A stretch of DNA of 64,000 bases, taken from positions 14,260-78,259 of the forward strand of contig MWDD01000008.1 in the NCBI GenBank assembly GCA_002070375.1, written 5' to 3'. A program made the position numbers and the translations under genes. Positions 62,703 to 64,000 of the stretch are shown in pieces; the first letter of the stretch is position 1, and every line of letters starts with the position of its first letter. Below the pieces are notes generated by a model. It was not told the DNA's origin and ran no database searches. It saw only the letters and a program-made list of their open reading frames with translations. This DNA comes from a bacterium ADurb.Bin157. Its GTDB lineage: Bacteria; Muiribacteriota; Ozemobacteria; Ozemobacterales; Ozemobacteraceae.

Positions 62703-64000
62703 ATGGACAACCAAAAGAACTACATACAGGATTTGATAAACGGGCTTAAAAGCAACAATAAAGAACAAAAATTGCTTTCTGTTTCTGCCCTAGGTATCCT
62801 GCGAGAAAAAGAGCACGCGAAAGCGCTCACAGATCTACTTGCATCGACCGACAACGAAATAGTCGAACAGGTAATCACTGTTTTGGGGCATATTGGTAGC
62901 CCCGCTTCGGTAAAGCATTTAGTTGACTTTCTTAACAACACAAACGGCAAACTCTCTACCGCAGGCCTCAAAGCACTTCAAAGCTTCGACCTCACCGATG
63001 CCCTTGACGCAGTCATACGCTCTTGCACCTCAGATCTTCCTTCAGCCGTTCGAAAAAATTATCTTGATATTCTTCTGAATTACAATGACATCAGAGTTGC
63101 GTCTTTAATGAACGAAGTTATGGGTCAAACAGCCGATCCCGAGCTGCTAGTTGCAACCATCGACTATTTCATACGCTACCCTTCAACCGAAAAACACACT
63201 TCTCTCAAAATGCTTTCATCAAGCACGAACTGGAACGTTTCTTTGGCCGCGAACCTGGCTCTTTCAAGATTAAAAGACGAACACGCATACGCGCAGGTTA
63301 GAAGACTCGCTAAATCTTCTAACACCGAAGTCAGGGGCATTATTGTAAAAGCCCTTTCGAAACGCCCTCAAATCGAAGATCGCGAAATGTTCTCAATGTT
63401 TTTCGAAGACAATAGTGCAGAAATAAGGGAAATGGCAATCGAAGGTTTATCTTTATTCGCAACCGATGAAAGAATATCGATTCTCAGAACCTGGCTCGCA
63501 AAAGAATCAGACTCTAATTTTAAGATTGCTCTGGTTAAAAAAGCAGCAGCCGAAAAATCTGTTTTGCTTTATGACGAAATTTACAAACTTTTACAATCAT
63601 CAGACGAGTTAATGCAAATTGCAGCCTCAGAAGCGATTACCGCGATGGGCGAAAAAATTGCCGACAGAATTTTGATCGACTTTGACAGAATGCCTTTGGT
63701 TGTAAAAGAACAAATGATTCTTATTCTCGGAAAAATTGGCGGTTCAAAAGTTATCACAACCATAAAAGAATGCCTGTTTGCTCGCGAAAGATGGCTGAGA
63801 ATAAATGCTATCGAAGCGGCTTCAACCATAAACAGTCCTGAACTGAACAATGAGCTCATTAAAATGGTTCAGAATCAAGATACAGACATTTGGGTTATGG
63901 CAACAGCTGTATCGGCGCTTGGAAAAACACTTAACCAAGAATATACGGAAATTATTTCAAAACAACTTGCACACGAAGATGCAAGAGTCAGAGCAAACGC
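62703..64000 (+). CDS. HEAT-repeat protein, 5' part (runs off the right edge)
   Basis: Absent from the track because it has no stop. ATG at 62703 follows TAATGATAG and a GAGGAG RBS. My reading gives MDNQKNYIQDLINGLKSNNKEQKLLSVSALGILREKEHAKALTDLLASTDNEIVEQVITVLGHIGSPASVKHL... and the frame is still open at 64000 (...KQLAHEDARVRAN). Confidence 0.75.
   Translation, partial: MDNQKNYIQDLINGLKSNNKEQKLLSVSALGILREKEHAKALTDLLASTDNEIVEQVITVLGHIGSPASVKHLVDFLNNTNGKLSTAGLKALQSFDLTDALDAVIRSCTSDLPSAVRKNYLDILLNYNDIRVASLMNEVMGQTADPELLVATIDYFIRYPSTEKHTSLKMLSSSTNWNVSLAANLALSRLKDEHAYAQVRRLAKSSNTEVRGIIVKALSKRPQIEDREMFSMFFEDNSAEIREMAIEGLSLFATDERISILRTWLAKESDSNFKIALVKKAAAEKSVLLYDEIYKLLQSSDELMQIAASEAITAMGEKIADRILIDFDRMPLVVKEQMILILGKIGGSKVITTIKECLFARERWLRINAIEAASTINSPELNNELIKMVQNQDTDIWVMATAVSALGKTLNQEYTEIISKQLAHEDARVRAN

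Overview
Gene-dense, visibly AT-rich chromosomal segment with about 58 protein genes, one tRNA and one IS element. Most genes are on the minus strand, with many start/stop overlaps. I cannot assign a taxon from the sequence alone. Gene content suggests a flagellated, probably diderm (kdsD) anaerobe (rubrerythrin, several radical SAM enzymes).

Layout:
- 1-17 kb: housekeeping and transport. This covers rlmB-mrnC-cysS, a double-sensor HAMP adenylate cyclase, znuACB, radA, ABC and AI-2E transporters, a TlpA-like thioredoxin, kdsD and rubrerythrin.
- 17-27 kb: a late-flagellar operon on the minus strand. Order is small ORF, flaG, giant fliD, unknown 220-aa ORF, maf, fliS, YjfB-like peptide, radical SAM/SPASM fusion, hemW.
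- 27-37 kb: exported and cell-wall proteins. These are a PilX_N-like protein, a phosphodiester glycosidase, fadD, two unknowns, an SH3b-C39-like peptidase, a PBP transpeptidase and a LysM protein.
- 37-41.7 kb: a CDF transporter, plus a DUF134 / ABC / His-rich TPR operon.
- 41.8-47.3 kb: a gingipain-like C25 peptidase, then a mobile patch next to tRNA-Arg(CCG). The patch holds an IS30-family element with an abutted IR-IR junction, solo IR copies, an Rpn/PDDEXK_2 putative transposase and ACTTTTACATTTC motifs.
- 47.3-60.3 kb: a sugar ABC importer, a SPOR protein, a CheY plus HEAT-repeat-CheR fusion, a TPR protein, an M48-CBM peptidase and an SH3b-SLT transglycosylase.
- 60.4-64 kb: rpiB, dCMP deaminase, murA and a second HEAT-repeat protein that runs off the right edge.

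Best candidates for something undescribed:
1. The Cys-free YjfB-like peptide translationally coupled to a nucleotidyltransferase-like/radical SAM/SPASM enzyme, beside maf in the flagellar operon.
2. The CheY plus about 750-aa HEAT array fused to CheR, with no other chemotaxis genes in the window.
3. The DUF134 / ABC-2 / poly-His TPR operon.

No CRISPR array, rRNA or prophage was seen. All functional calls rest on motifs read by eye, not on database searches.
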